From Lama glama (lineage: Eukaryota): a stretch of DNA of 64,000 bases. Position 1 is the stretch's first letter, and each line of letters begins with the position of its first letter. The notes under the pieces are model-generated. The model worked only from the letters and a program-made list of their open reading frames with translations. It did not search any database and was not told where the DNA came from. Shown in pieces: positions 37,945 to 50,295 of this stretch. A program made the translations under genes and the position numbers. The stretch is from contig CM052816.1 in assembly GCA_028534125.1 (NCBI GenBank), positions 22,260,001-22,324,000 of the forward strand. The letters run 5' to 3'.

Positions 37945-39200
37945 GTTCATTTATGTCTTTTTTTTAAGATTCCACCTATAAGTGATATCATATAGCATTT
38001 TTCTTTCTCTTTCTGGCCAACTTCACTTAGAATGACGATCTCCAGGTCCTTCCATTTTGCTGCAAATGGTATGATTTTATTCTTTTTTATGGCTGAGTAG
38101 TATTCCATTGTATATATGTATATACCACATCTTCTTTATCCAGTTATCTGTTGATGGACATTTGGGTTGTTATTGTAAATAGTACAGCTATGAACATTGG
38201 GGTGCATGTGTCTTTCTGAATTTTATTTTTCCTCCGGGTTTAGGCCCAGGAGTAGGATTGATAGGTCACATGGTAAGTCTATTTTTAGTTTTTTAAGGAA
38301 CCTCCATGCTGTCCTCCACAGTGGCTGCACCAACCTAAACTCCCACCAACAGGGTAGGAGAGTTCTCTTTTCTCCACACCCTCTCCAGCAACTATTGTTT
38401 CTAGACTTTTCAGTGATGGCCATCCTGGCTGGTGTGAGGTGATGCCTCATTGTAGTTTTATTTGCATTTCTCTGACAATTTGTAATGCTGAGCATTTTTT
38501 CATGTGCCTATTGCCCGTTTGTGTGTCTTTATTAGAGAATTGCTTGTTTAGGTCTTCTGCCCATTCTTGGATTGGGTTGCTTGTTTTTTTGATACTAAGG
38601 TGTCTGAGCTGTTTGTATATTTTAGAAATTAAGCCCTTGTCAGTCACATCATTTGCAAATAGTTTCTCCCATTCTATAGGTTGTCTTTTTGTTTTGCTTA
38701 TGGTTTCTTTTGCTGTGCAAAAGCTTATAAGTTTAATTAGGTCCCGTTTGTTTATTTTTGCTTTTATTTCTATTGCTTGGGTAGACTGCCCTAGGAGAAC
38801 ATTGCTGAGATGTATGTCAGATAATGTTTTACCTATGTTTTCTTCTAAGGGGTTTATAGTGTCCTGTCTTATGTTTAAGGGAGCCATTTTGAGTTAATTT
38901 TTGTGTATGGTGTGAGGGAGTATTCTAACTTCGTTGATTTACATGCAGCTGTCCAGTTTTCCTAACACCTTTTGCTGTAGAGACTGTGTTTACTTCATTG
39001 TGTGTTCTTGCCTCCTTTGTCAAAGATTAAATGACCAAAAGTTTGTGGGTTTATTTCTGGGTTCTCTATTCTGTTCCATTGATCCGTGTGTCTATTTTTG
39101 TACCAGTACCATGCACAAAAACTTTTAAGTTTAATTAGATCCCATTTGTTTATTTTTCCTTTTATTTCCATTGCTCCAGGAGCTGATTCAAACAATTATT
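37945..39200 (-). mobile_element. LINE-1 ORF2 C-terminus and partial 3' UTR, with a second overlapping ORF2 piece at about 39113-39200
   Basis: Minus ORFs read [12 protein letters not shown]...[30 protein letters not shown] and [22 protein letters not shown]. Confidence 0.95.
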
Positions 39201-39204
39201 GCTT

Positions 39205-39346
39205 CCTGTAAAAGACTGAATTTAGAGCATTCTCTAACACCATGTACAAAAATAAATTCAAAATGGATTAAAGACTTAAATGTAACACCAGATACTATAA
39301 AACTTCTAGAGGAAAACATAAGCAGAACACTCTTGGACATAAATCA
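39205..39346 (+). mobile_element. Inverted L1 ORF2 piece (5' inversion)
   Basis: Plus ORF reads [36 protein letters not shown], opposite in orientation to the adjacent L1. Confidence 0.9.
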
Positions 39347-40329
39347 CAGAGATGTGCCATTTTTAATAGCTTTTTATTACCTATTGATTTTTTAAATCTT
39401 TATGCTTGTATTATTATTTGAATAACAGTAAAGATTTTTTTGCATATGAGGAAGCATTTTACAGTATGGCTTTATTCATGGAACTTCAGGTAGTGGGATA
39501 GAATTTGAAAATGTGTTGCTTGGAAAACATTGTATGGTGGTGCCACACACCAGGAAAGGTAACACAGACACAGATATGGGAGGAAAGACAGTGAGTTCAG
39601 TGTTACAAATAATGTGGTTGAGGTACTAGGAGACCACATGAGATGTTGGTTAGCAGGTGGTTATAAATGTCTGCCTAGACTCAGAAGAAAAGGTCAGAGT
39701 ATTAATATAGCTTTCAACCCATCAGCTAATAAATTGAAACCTTACTATGTGTCACACTATTGTTATTTCTAACTCTAGGTAGCTAACGTAGGTTTAAGGA
39801 GAGTGGCTGAAGAGATAGAAGAAAGAAAGAGAAAGGGGGAGAAAGAAACTGGAAAAGAGAAAGGAGGAAAGTAGCAGGAAGGGAAAAGGAGAGGGAGGAA
39901 CGTAAAACATGGCAGCCATTCTCATCCAAGAAGTGTAGGCAGTAGAGAATGGGATGGTAGTTTTCTTTCTTTGGGTTACTTTCCTCTTTGTTTGTATGTA
40001 AACTCTTTCAGGTTTGAGCCAGTATGATAATCTCTCCCTTACCATAATGATATTTAAATGTTTGGTGTTAAATACCTGAATTTTAATTAAGGGGAAGAGG
40101 GAGATGTCAGAAAGAAAATGTCTGAGTAGACTGTGAAGATGTTACCTACGTACATCTGTAAAACACTATTGTCCAAGTCAATTTGTAAAAGTAAACCCAA
40201 GTGAAACCGTGTGCCATGATAGGTTTATAATCTAGAGGTAGGTAAAATCAACCCCCGGTCTCTGATGAAAATGTGACGTAAGGTATACCCCCTAATCTGT
40301 GGTGAAAATGGACATTGGACTTGAAAGCT

Positions 40330-41740
40330 TCCATATGAAAGCTGTAAACAAAGTTAAAAAGAAAAAATGATGCAACAAAATACATGGAAAACCTGTATAC
40401 TAAAAACTTTAAACTATTGGATATGCCACGTTAATGAATTAGATACTAAATATTGTTAAAATGTAAAGCTCCTCCAAATAATTGTTAAAATAAATGCAAT
40501 CCCAGTCAGATTTGGAGGAGACTCTTTTATAGACATGGACAAACTGATTCTCAAGTATATATGGAAGGGCAGAGCATCTAGACAATCCAAAGCAATCTTG
40601 TAAAATAATGACTCCCTGACTTAAAGTCTTAATGTAAAACTGTAGTGTCAAAACAGTCTGTCACTGGCATAGGTATAGGATCAACAAACAGACCAGTTTA
40701 ATATTCAGCCCAGAAATGGACTGGAACTTACACAGTTACTGGAGTTTTTAATAAAAAGTGCCAAGCCAAGCCAATCGGCAAGGGGATATCACCTTCAGCA
40801 GATGAGCTGGAACAGCAAACAGCATCTCCATGTCAAAAACGGAATCTTTGACTTTTACTGTGTACCACCAAAAATCACTGGAAAAGTAAAAACTGAAAAT
40901 TCTAGAAGAAAATAATAGGAAAAAAGTCATATTTGAGGGATATGCAAAAATTTAATAGAGAACAAAACACAAATCATAAAAGATGAAATAGACTTCATCA
41001 AATTAAAAAACTTGAAGTCTTTGAAAGATACTGTTAAAAAAAAAAAAGAAAAAGGAAAGAAAGACAAAGACCAGGAAAAAATATTCAGAATACGCATATC
41101 AGACAAAGGACTTTATCTAGAATATGTAAAAGAATACATCTGAAGAAGACAATTAAATTCAAACATGGGCAGGAGATCTGAGAGTACCTAACCATGGAAG
41201 ATAACATGAATGGCTTGCATAAAAAGACTGAGTATCATTAGTTATTAGGAAAGTGCAAATTAAAACCACAGGAAGATAGTATTTCATACCTACTAGAATG
41301 ATTAAAATTATAAAGACTGATGTACAGAGTATTGGTAGGATGTGGAACAGCTAGAACTCATACATTGCTGGCACAAATGCAGAATAATACAGTCGATTTG
41401 GAAAACTGGTAAACAGTTTCTTACAAAATTAAAATTATATTTAAAGTATGAGTCAGCAATTCTGTTCCTAAATATTGACTCCAGATAAGTGAAAATTTAT
41501 TTTTACACAAACAGTTGTATACACTAATACAGAGCACCATTGTTTTTAATAGCTAAAAAAAGCTAGAATCACAGTAATACTTAACATATGAGTAGTTAAA
41601 TTGTGCTATGTATGTGCAGTGGAAATCTGTATGGATTAACATAGGTAAATCTCAAAAACAAGCTCGATGAAAGCAACCAGACATTTTTTTTAAGAGTGTG
41701 TGTGACTACATTTATGTGAAACGATAAGAAAGACTGACCT
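40330..41740 (+). mobile_element. Ancient L1 ORF2 3' remnant
   Basis: aaatgcaatcccag...gacttcatcaaattaaaaaactt...gcaaattaaaaccac...ggatgtggaacagctagaactcatacattgctgg. Confidence 0.8.
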
Positions 41741-42279
41741 ATACTCAGTCATTTCAAATATAGGGGGAAAAAATCAACCCTCTTATTTTAATAGTTAATG
41801 TGTCTTTTATAACTGAGTTCAGGGAACAATGGTTTGATTGAACTTTGATTAGCCACAGAAAAGTAAGTCTGTAGTAAGCACGTAGTTTGAAAGTTCTTTT
41901 TTGAATGGGCTATTTTTTTTTTCCCCAAAAGGATCCTGTACCATAAATCAGTATCAAAGAATCATTTTAACTAGATTGGGACAGATTTTGTGCTAGTGCA
42001 GCTATGAATAAGCTTTATTGAGAATTCATGCTTAGTCATTGATTAGTAATTTTTGCATTTCTGGTGGAAAGCTCTTTGGCAGCTCATAGAACTTTTGACG
42101 TCATCATCCCTCTCCCCACCCAAACCTCACAAATTTTACCAAGTCCTCCAAAGTATCTAGCAAGGATGTTTGTTTTTATTTGATTTTATGTCTTGTATTT
42201 CCATTCCTAATTTTCATCACTCTATTACGGACCATTAGAAATTAGTATTTGCTCTTCTACTTTCATTTCATTTAAATTG

Positions 42280-42770
42280 TTATTATTTAAAGATATGATA
42301 TGTAGAAAATTGCATAGACCATAAACATACTAGTTAATACAAAATTTTTCAAGCAAGTCCCTGTGTAACTACCACCCAGGTGAAGAGGTGGAGTATTGTC
42401 AGCATTCTAAGAGCCCTTGTTGCGTTGCTTCGAATTCTCAGTCTCTGCCCTTAGCTCTAGAGGTAATCACCACTTTCCTGACTTTTATTATGCTTTTCTT
42501 GCTTTACTTTTATACCTCTTTATGCATCTCTAAACAAAAGTTTGGTTGAAGTGGTTTTTGAAATTCATGTAGATGATGTCATCCCGTGTGTATTGTTTTG
42601 TGCCTTGCTTCGTTTCCTCAGTAACACGTCAGTGTGTTGGATGAAGCTACCATTCATTTTCATTTTGAATAGTATTTTTTTGTATGAATGGACCAGAATT
42701 TATTTTTTTTCATTTTATTCATCTTTCTGAATAGAATCTAGGTTTTCTAAAAATTTACAGCTGTTACAGA
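42280..42770 (-). mobile_element. L1ME-like 3' end
   Basis: cctgtgtaactaccacccaggtgaagagg...agaggtaatcaccactttcctgacttt. Confidence 0.65.
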
Positions 42771-45357
42771 TTACTTGTTTTTTTGCTACTTCCTTCTGCT
42801 ATTTGCTATTTTATTTTGATAATAAATAAGAGCATCTTATATCACTGTAGCTTTTTATAATATGTACAGTGCCCTTGTGTACATCATTTAATTTAGTTCT
42901 TATTTCAGACCTATGATACTGGCAGTGCAGCATTCCATTTCTGTAATGATAGAGCTTGTCACTTCCCCAAGCTAACATTTCTAAAATTACTATAGTATTA
43001 ACAACTACCGCATATGTTTTATTTCAAAGTCTAAATTCTAAACGTTAGATTGTTTCACACAAACTAAGCATGCTCAATACCTCAACTGAGTTCAAGTATT
43101 CCACGTTAAAGAAAGAAAGAACTTGGCTAAAGTTTGCTCATTATCTTGCTTTTCAAATCTTGGCTTTATTGTTGTTTCTTTGGAAGCATACCTAAAAAAG
43201 CAATTTTACTAAATTGTGGGGAGGATGTTGAAATGTAAATTCTTTAAATTGTCAGCAGCAAAACTGTTCACAGAGGTATAAAGTTAGTATCTGCAGCATT
43301 TGATTTAGGTGTGGAAAGTGACTAGGAGAGGAGGCTGAGATGGTTACATTTTTGACCGGAGAATAGTACTACCACACTTTTCACTCATGCTAGTGTCTTT
43401 AAAAGTCAGGAGACTGAGCTTTTAATGCAAGGAAGCTCTGCCAGTCACTAAGTGGCCTGACAATTCACTTAAGCTTTTCTAAAATCTTATGTCTTGTGAA
43501 ACTATGAGTTTGTGAAATGCTCTCTGGTCCAGTTTGACCCCTTATTTATGTGTGGAATGTGCTGAGTTGTGTTTAAAGCCAAGTTTAGTTGTTGATGTTG
43601 TTGCAAAGTGACACCACTTCTGTTATCTTAAGATTTTAAGAAAAGTAAGGTTTTCAAAATAGACATAGTTTAAGCAACCTTCAGCTCAAGAAGTGAAAGT
43701 AACTATTAGTGTATTTATTATTAGTGGCAGTGTTGAAATTTTTGTGACAAATTCAGTACTTCTCTAAAGGTGTTTATGTATAAATGTGTCTTAAGTATAT
43801 ACATTTTTGAAAAAAAAGTTCTAAAAAGGAATTTAGTTTAGAAAAGCAAGATGATGGAAAAAGTGTACTGGTATGATATTCCAAGGCATGTCTGAAACAT
43901 TTTTAGACTTAAATGTTTACTCAGCAAATAAAAACCTGTGGAGTTGCAAACATACCCTTGGTTTGAAAATACATTTCATCAGATCTGTTAACTAGGTGGA
44001 TATACTGAAGTATCCTTTCTGTCTGCTGAAGTCATTCTTCAACTAAACATTAAGAAGTAGGAAATACTGTGAATGTCATTTTCAACGTAGTACATGGGAG
44101 TGGGAAAATATATATTTTAAAATTCACAAAATAAGGAACAGCTTAACTTTAAATGGGAAGGAAATTTGAATTTGGGAAATTGTGGATTGTAAATGTAGAA
44201 GCCATTTATTAATTTTAAGTATTCAACAGAAGGAACATTTATTCAGTTAAAAGAAGAAAATAAAATACTTCCCAGTGTAAAATTAGTATTTGAAAGTGGT
44301 TTCTGGCGAAGGGAATATATAAGTAAAAAGAAAATTGCCTAGCTTTATATGTAGATGAGAAAGTGTGATGATGGAATAAATCAAATAATAGATTTTACAG
44401 CATCAAATTTTAAGTCCAGTAGATTTGAAACATTAGGGCAGCTCCATGTTTGTATGTGCTACAAACAGCAGTGATGAGCATAAAGAATTTTCAGCTTCAG
44501 ACAAAGGGGTATTTGTTTTCATAGAATTGGTTAAAAGAGATTTCACTTCACGATGATTTTTTAATGGCCAAGTTCTTTGATTCAGGGTGGCATTAAGCTT
44601 GTTAAATAAATAGCATAGCACTGAAATAATGCTCATGATGTTGTGGATTTAACCCCTTGCTTTTATATTCTTTCTAAGAAGGAAATAAATGAAACACTAT
44701 TCTTCTGAGCTTATAAACCTTCATAGTATTTTCCTAATTTCAGTAGACAAACCAAATTGCAAGACAGCTACTTCCTTGTTCTGGGGTTTGGGTGAGATGA
44801 GGAACGTTCATCCCTTCTTGAAAATAAGCATTGTAGGTTCTGAATTTTAACTGTGGCAACAATGTACATTTTCTTCTTTCTGATTTTCCTTCTTGAACAT
44901 ATGCTTAGATCTTAGTTTGTCATTTTCCTGTAGTATGTTACAGGACATGTCCTCTGGACTGTGTGTAATCAGTGTCTTAAATTCATGCTTTATTACTACC
45001 CGCATTTGTAACGTTGAGCATATGTGTGTTAATCTTCACTGAAGATCTTACATACAAGTATCAAAATAACTTATTTATGTCTTACCAGGTTTACAGTTCA
45101 TGGCTTTGGAGAAAGCTTTGATAGACGTAAAATAGAATACTCTGAAGGCAAGGATTATTGTCTACTTTCAACTGCTGTATTCCTAATACCTGACCCTCAA
45201 AAGTACACAAATATTTTTTTGTTGAATGAATATCAGCTTATTAAAACCTCAGTTTTTTTTTTTAGTGTCTAATTTTGGGGGGAAATAATCCTATCACAGA
45301 TTTAAGAAATGAAACTTCTAAGGATAAGTAAAGTAACTTGTTTTCTTTTTTTTCTAG

Positions 45358-45625
45358 ACTACCTGTTACAGGCGCCTAGTCCAGACAGCAATTTTTATAC
45401 CTTTCCTGGTGGTTCAGAAGCAAAGAAAGGAAACAATCCGACCATTTTATTTTTAGACTGGCTATAGAAAATACTTGATCTCCAGGAACAAAAACACAGA
45501 GAAGTAATTAAGTCATTATTTTGGCATCACTGGACATTCATCATATTGAGAAGTGAGCTTTGTGAAGCTTCCTGAGCTGAGCTTTGGAAACGTCATTGGT
45601 GCTCGTCTGTAACCTGGACTAAAGC
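45358..45625 (+). other. CDC42SE2: 5' UTR part of the CDC42SE2 start-codon exon
   Basis: Polypyrimidine acceptor ttttcttttttttctag ends at 45357 (alternative AG at 45370-45371). No ATG occurs in the 268 nt before the start codon. Confidence 0.7.
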
Positions 45626-45679
45626 ATGAGTGAATTCTGGTTGTGTTTCAACTGCTGTATTGCAGAGCAGCCTCAGCCT
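45626..45679 (+). CDS. CDC42SE2: CDC42 small effector 2 (SPEC2), first coding exon, codons 1-18
   Basis: aaagcATG (A at -3) translates MSEFWLCFNCCIAEQPQP, the CDC42SE2 N-terminus with the Cys pair, then a phase-0 donor CCT|gtgagt at 45680. Confidence 0.97.
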
Positions 45680-46599
45680 GTGAGTATGGAGTAATGTAGT
45701 GCATGCACAGATTGGGTGGGTTGCTTATTAAACATGCCGCTCGTCCTCAGGCTGAGAACCAGGACCCCAGCAGTGATTGGAGGGCAGCTCTAAGGAGTGT
45801 CAGTGGAATTATAAACATCTGGTTAGTAAAAGAAAAAAAGAAGCTTAATGTTTTTTGAGTAAATACTGTGTGTGAAGGGCTGTGCCAGGCCAGTGCGTGT
45901 GAGTGAGAAGGCCGTGCTCTTCTCCTGAGCGCACTAGCTTCTCAAGGAGCCGTGAGAGGGGAGGGGACAGCAACCCGAGGGAGGTCATCTTAGTCAGCTT
46001 TGGAGATAAGTGGGTGGAAGGTGTCGTAGCCCGCTGACCCCACGTCCTCGACGTGCTGCCTCATTTTAGCAGCTCTGAGGAAGATACTGTTAATCCTCAT
46101 CTTTCAGTTGAAATAGCTTCAGTTTTTTGCCCAAAGTCACATGGATAGAAGTGATCTTGGCTGACTTCTCGGTATGCGCCACTTTCTATGCACATTGTGT
46201 TATCTCTGCTAAAATTCTGCCCCCCCCCCCAGTTTTCATCTAAGATGCCTTGATCCAATGTCAACTCTCTAAAATCTTCCCCAGCTCACTCTGACTTGGC
46301 TGATAACCTCATCTGCACTTCCACCAGCTCTCCTAGCTCATGTCACTGTGGCCGGGTGGAACTTCTTGCTTAGTGAGTAACTGTGCTACAGTTTCACCCA
46401 CCACATTCGCAGTCCTTTAGGGGCCTTGATATTCGTATGTTCAGGATCAAATCCAGTACCTTGTAGAATGTGCATGCATGCTAGCTAGTTGGCTGGTTGG
46501 CTGGCTGCTTAAGTGAATTTGTTTTATTCTGTTTTGCTTACATTTGTAACAACACAAAAGAGAGAATGAGATATAATCTTAAAGTCTCCTCGGATCTTT

Positions 46600-47147
46600 T
46601 CTGAGCTTTTCCTTGGTCATACACAATCACTTGGTAATCTTCCTTTTATATGCGGTTGTTTTGAATGGCCTAGTCTTTAATGTCTGGTTCTGGAAAGAGG
46701 GAAAAATGAAAAATTGGCGGACGGAGAGGAGAGGAAAGTGTGGTGGCTTTTTAAACCCCGTGGAAGTCACTTCAGTCAGGTGGGGAGGGTTGCAGTACTG
46801 GGAAAGGTGTGTCAACAGTGTCTGCCCACCTCCATGTCTCCTGTTCTTTGAGCAGAAGCAGAAATATTTGGAGGATAGGGTCCTTTTTGCCCACCTTGGC
46901 TCCCATAAGCTGTGTGGGAAATACACTGAGAGCACAGCTAGAAGGGGGATGGGGGTGGGTAAGCTGCTTCTGTTCTAAGACCTGACACCGAAATTAACTG
47001 CAGTTTACCTTCTAAGTTTTCCTCTGGAAGTTGCAAGCCTTGAATGGACTCCAGAGTCCCAGAAGAGATAAATCAGACAGATTCTGCCAGTTCAGTTGTG
47101 GTGGGGATGCAGATGACGGTGCTACCTACTACCCCACTGTCTTCCCT
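46600..47147 (-). mobile_element. Old L1 5' end fragment
   Basis: ttggaggatagggtcctttttgcccacc...aagccttgaatggactccagag...cagacagattctgccag. Confidence 0.6.
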
Positions 47148-47149
47148 TA

Positions 47150-47710
47150 TGCTTATAATATAGGTTTTTACATTTAGCTCTTTGGTCCATGAAGTATGGA
47201 AGATTGCTTTATGTGGCATGAGGCAAGGGTCTAATTGTTCTTTCATGTTAATCAGTTATCTAAAAATGGTTTATTAAATAGCCACTTTTTTTTTGGTGAT
47301 TTGGAATGTCACCTTTATTACATACTCCATTTTCATATATTTAAAGAGTCTGAAATCTGTTCATTCTTTCAGTACATGTGTTTATACCTGTGCCATTACT
47401 GTAATGTTTTAATTGCTACATTTTCTTAGTATATAGCTCTTCTTTTAAAACTATGTTGGTATTACTGTTAAGCTGGACTGTTATTACATGGGTCCTTATT
47501 ATGATATTCTTTGTTTTTTCTTTGTATGAGATAATTTCATAATGCATATTTTTAATCCTGTGTTTACTTTAGAATGGCATTGAATCTAGAGCATAATTGG
47601 ATGAGACTTGACATTTTTAAAAAATTTTGAGTAACCCCATTGAGAAACATGGCATACATCTTCATTTATATAGACCTTTTCATATTCTTTCACTCAGCTT
47701 TAAAATTTCA
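47150..47710 (-). mobile_element. Ancient L1 ORF2 remnant (other half of 28100-28483)
   Basis: agaatggcattgaatcta...gagaaacatggcatacatcttcatttatatagacc. Confidence 0.7.
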
Positions 47711-47981
47711 TTTTTTAACATTTTTTGAGTAATAGTCATTTTACAATGTTGTGTCAAATTCCAGTGTAGAGCACAATTTTTTAGTCATACATGAACATAC
47801 ATACATTCATTGTTACTTTTTTTTTTTGCTGTGAGCTACCACAAGATATTGTATATATTTCCCTGTGCTATACAGTATAATCTTGTTTATCTATTCTGCA
47901 TTTTAAAACTCCCAGTCTGTCCCTTCCCACCCCCCACCCCTTTAGCAACCACAAGTTTGTATTCTATGTCTATGAGTCTGT
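47711..47981 (-). mobile_element. Young LINE-1 3' UTR and tail, cut by the gap
   Basis: ttttttaacattttttgag...ttacaatgttgtgtcaaattccagtgtagagc...gcaaccacaagtttgtattctatgtctatgagtctgt. Confidence 0.92.
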
Positions 47982-48481
47982 NNNNNNNNNNNNNNNNNNN
48001 NNNNNNNNNNNNNNNNNNNNNNNNNNNNNNNNNNNNNNNNNNNNNNNNNNNNNNNNNNNNNNNNNNNNNNNNNNNNNNNNNNNNNNNNNNNNNNNNNNNN
48101 NNNNNNNNNNNNNNNNNNNNNNNNNNNNNNNNNNNNNNNNNNNNNNNNNNNNNNNNNNNNNNNNNNNNNNNNNNNNNNNNNNNNNNNNNNNNNNNNNNNN
48201 NNNNNNNNNNNNNNNNNNNNNNNNNNNNNNNNNNNNNNNNNNNNNNNNNNNNNNNNNNNNNNNNNNNNNNNNNNNNNNNNNNNNNNNNNNNNNNNNNNNN
48301 NNNNNNNNNNNNNNNNNNNNNNNNNNNNNNNNNNNNNNNNNNNNNNNNNNNNNNNNNNNNNNNNNNNNNNNNNNNNNNNNNNNNNNNNNNNNNNNNNNNN
48401 NNNNNNNNNNNNNNNNNNNNNNNNNNNNNNNNNNNNNNNNNNNNNNNNNNNNNNNNNNNNNNNNNNNNNNNNNNNNNNNNN
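47982..48481. other. Scaffold gap, 500 N
   Basis: Run of exactly 500 N, directly after an L1 3' UTR. Confidence 0.99.
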
Positions 48482-49904
48482 TAAACAGATATTTTTGATC
48501 CTACTGCGAAAATTGAAGAGCTGATGGCATTAATCTAATCCCTCCACGTCACCCAAGCTCTTTTCTCATCGACACTTACATGTTAGAATAGGAGAAACTG
48601 AGAGCCATTTAGGGGCAATGTTTAAATGAATACCCCACTCTGCCTCCACACTTTAGTAATTGTCTGTAATGTGCACACTTCCTCGTTCCCTCACATCTGG
48701 TGAATCAATTAAATTTCATGTATGTGCGTGCGCACGTGTGACAAATATCTAAAACCGCCTGGCAGTTTCAAGTAGATCGGTACCCTACAGCACGATGCTA
48801 TCAAGTCAGAATGAAAACGGTAGGATGAGAAATCAGCCACATGAACAAAAAACCAAGAAACAACAACTGTTAATACTAAACATATATTTTCTAGTTTTTC
48901 TTCCTTCTGTAAAACGGATATATTTCCTATTACTAGTCAAAACATACGCTATCAAGATGTCTCACTAATCAGATAACTATAAAAATTAACTTACTCAATA
49001 TATTTATCGAGCTCCTATTATTTACGTAGACTGGGCCTACATAAATAAACATTTTAAAATATGTTTAAAATAGAGTAAATATAAATCAGCAAATTATAAA
49101 GTATATCAAAATATTTTTAAATGCATAATAGTGAATTTACCAAAGATATAGGAAGTTTAAACTACCAGAGATTAAAACTGAAGAACAGTATTTAAGTAGA
49201 TAAAAATAAGTGAACAATTTTTAGTTTGGAGCAATTATGACATAGTGCCAACGCTTTAAAATATGGCCTTCACAGAGGTTAAAATAGAATTTTAAAAAGT
49301 TCTTAATAAAACAGAAGTAAGTTGATCTCTTTTACATTTTATTTATACGGAATATCAAAAGATTGGCTTTCTGCTCGGAGGTGAAACACTATAAACATTC
49401 CAATTAATGTAAGCATTTCATGAAACATTAGATGCCTTAAATTAATAAACAAGACAAGATACTCATTGTAATCACAATGTTCTACAAGTTCTAGCCAATG
49501 CAGTTAGTAAGTGAACCAACTTAAGACATGAATCTGGAAAGGATAAAGCAAAATTATGTTTACTTACAAATAAAGACAGCAGTCCCAGAAAAGCTAAGTG
49601 AATTGAATATAAGACTATTAGAAACACTAACTGAATGTCATTAAGTTAGCTGATTAAATTTAACAAAAAGCAATAATCTTCCTAATGTTAGCAATAAACA
49701 GATGAGTTTAAGCTGTAAAAGCACAATGAAGCAGCAGTAGAGCAGTGGTTAAAGGCGCAGCGGGGATTTAAGCATAGCCCTTGACTTCACGAAGTTTACA
49801 GTGTGCTACAAAGGCAATATACTCCAACATTATGGACATGAAGTAGAAATGCAGAAGACACTAAAAGACAGCGGGTAATCAGAAAAGGGAGAAATCAAAT
49901 GAAT

Positions 49905-50295
49905 TGGGATGATTTCCACAGCAAGTAATGGAAAATCTGAAGGGAAAACTGCTTAAACGATAAGGAAATACATTATGTCACAAAGCAGAGAATCCACAGT
50001 GAAGGTGGTTCTAGGCATGGTGAGTGGGGCTCCAGTTCTACTTCTCTGCAGTTCTCTTGCCTCTGCCCTCCTTTAGGGAAGGGAGTCACCTTCAGGCTGG
50101 TAGCAAGACAGCTGTAACAGTTCCAGATGTCACATCCAGAGAAGACAAGCTCTATGGGAGGGACCATCTCTTTTCTTCTTCCTCAAAAGTGAGAAAACCT
50201 TTCCCTGCAAACGTCCCCTTTACTTCCCATCTGCCAGAACTGGCATTCATGCCCACTCCTAACACAGGCACTTCCGAAGGCAACGAGACCCACCG
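49905..50295 (-). mobile_element. Old MaLR LTR (MLT1K/L-like)
   Basis: gcaagtaatggaaaatc...caagacagctgtaacagttccagatgtcacatccag...gccagaactggcattcatgcccactcctaa. Confidence 0.7.

Noticed and set aside
45166..45661. Exact 16-bp repeat tttcaactgctgtatt in an L2 tail (45166-45181) and in the CDS (45646-45661)
   Set aside because: The first copy is close to the ordinary L2 3' consensus, the second is constrained coding sequence, and similarity does not extend; probably coincidence.
11704..45679. True exon scrambling, circular-RNA-derived copy or gene duplication
   Set aside because: Each exon occurs once, in separate gap-bounded contigs, and the split L1s and TSD are explained by simple contig flips.
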